The notes under the pieces are model-generated. The model had not been told where the DNA came from, searched no databases, and saw only the letters and a list, made by a program, of their open reading frames with translations. A program made the translations under genes and the position numbers. 64,000 nucleotides of DNA from Takakia lepidozioides (Eukaryota > Plantae > Bryophyta), in assembly GCA_030704615.1 (NCBI GenBank), contig CM060731.1:94798001-94862000 (forward strand), given 5' to 3'. Shown here in pieces: positions 63,001 through 64,000 of the stretch; position 1 is the first letter of the stretch; the number at the start of each line of letters is the position of its first letter.

Positions 63001-63969
63001 TTGCCGTTCAGGGACTTAGCCATTTTCGGGCTAAGTCACTAGACTGGCTGGCCCTGAACTGGAAATTCGGCGCCATTTTCCAGTTCCAGGCCCTATTGCC
63101 GTTCAGGGACTTAGCCATTTTCCGGGTAAGTCCCTAGGGTGGCTGGCCCCGAAGTGGAAATTCGGCGCCATTTTCCAGTTGTAGGCCCTATTGCCGTTCA
63201 GGGACTTAGCCATTTTCGGGCTAGATCCCTAGGGTGGCTGGCCCGGAACTGGAAATTCGGCGCCATTTTCCAGTTCTAGGCCCTATTGCCGTTCAGGGAC
63301 TTAGCCATTTTCGGGCTAAGTCCCTAGGGTGGCTGGCCCTGAACTGGAAATTCGGCGCCATTTTTCCAGTTCTAGGCCCTATTGCCGTTCTGGGACTTAG
63401 CCATCTTCGGGCCAAACCGGGAAAAATGGCGCCGAATTTCCAGTTCAGGGCTCTCAAGATGGCTAAGTCCCTAGGGTGGCAGTCACCGAAAACCGAAATT
63501 CGGCGCCATTTTTCCATTTCTAGGCCCACTCACATCCGCCCCAACCTGGGAAAATGGTGCCGAATATGCATTTCAGGGACCTCATTGTGTTTTTCATGAA
63601 TGCAGGTACTGCAAGTTCCCCTTTTGGAGAAAGGTCATCTGTCTTTCGAGCCACCATTCTTCCTGGCATGGAGGAACCTTGGGGCTGACTCCATGTACAC
63701 TGACGATATTTGTGAAGGAGTGGCATCTGGAACATTTGCGTGATTGCCCTTGGTATGTGGACCTTCCGCCCGGCTCGCTCGACCCATCCGAGTTTCAATT
63801 GAAGCTGGATGCTGAATTCCGACGAAACCGGGCTCTGCTGCCTCCGTTGGGTGCAAAAGAGGCAAAAGCGCTTGCGAACTCCAGGAAAGCGGCAGAGCTT
63901 GCTCAGGCAGGAATTCAGGAGAAATTGCATGAGAAGAGTAAAGGCCAAAGGAAAAGGACAAGAAAACAG
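60055..63969 (+). pseudogene. Multi-exon gene for a ParB/Srx-fold protein, continuing beyond the window
   Basis: RIPLCRLV..VRP, FYVS and FYVWDGNHRLLAW. Frame-compatible GT-AG exons: about 60055-61324, 61443-61632, 61736-62020, 62106-62231, 62327-62541, 63606-63969. One frameshift near 60570 and one TAA at 61880. Start codon uncertain. Confidence 0.8.
62584..63566. repeat. Tandem array of about 95-bp units (about eight) inside an intron of the ParB-like gene
   Basis: GGCTAAGTCCCTAG...GGAAATTCGGCGCCATTTTCC...AGGGACTTAGCC units, flanked by the 11-bp direct repeat TGCATTTCAGG (62573-62583, 63567-63577). Confidence 0.92.
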
Positions 63970-64000
63970 GTGAGTGCAGTAACACCCAAAAAGAAGAAAA

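Overview
Eukaryotic, transposon-saturated DNA with spliced GT-AG genes and no recognisable host housekeeping gene. A non-seed plant such as a moss is my inference from the element types. Contents: (i) a decayed hAT element and hAT-type MITEs with 8-bp TSDs; (ii) a near-complete non-chromoviral Ty3/gypsy element (34474-47291) with extra 5' and 3' ORFs, nested in an older copy of its own family, whose 3' LTR end, TSD and host remainder sit about 34 kb upstream; (iii) fragments of a second gypsy family with a DNMT3-like C5-methyltransferase domain just before RT; (iv) two families of MULE-type transposase genes (GCM-like Zn finger, DDE, SWIM), each with its own palindrome array upstream; (v) a spliced ParB/Srx-fold (DGNHR) gene divergent from one MULE gene, and a spliced remnant of a prokaryote-type N4C/N6A DNA methyltransferase next to the other family's palindrome. 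The best candidate for an undescribed system is a large MULE-based element carrying a ParB-like gene, element-specific palindromic arrays and possibly an amino-methyltransferase. A 500-N gap lies at 54679-55178, and 47.3-54.7 kb looks indel-rich, so some frameshifts and long-range order may be artefacts. All domain calls are by-eye motif recognition; no searches were run.
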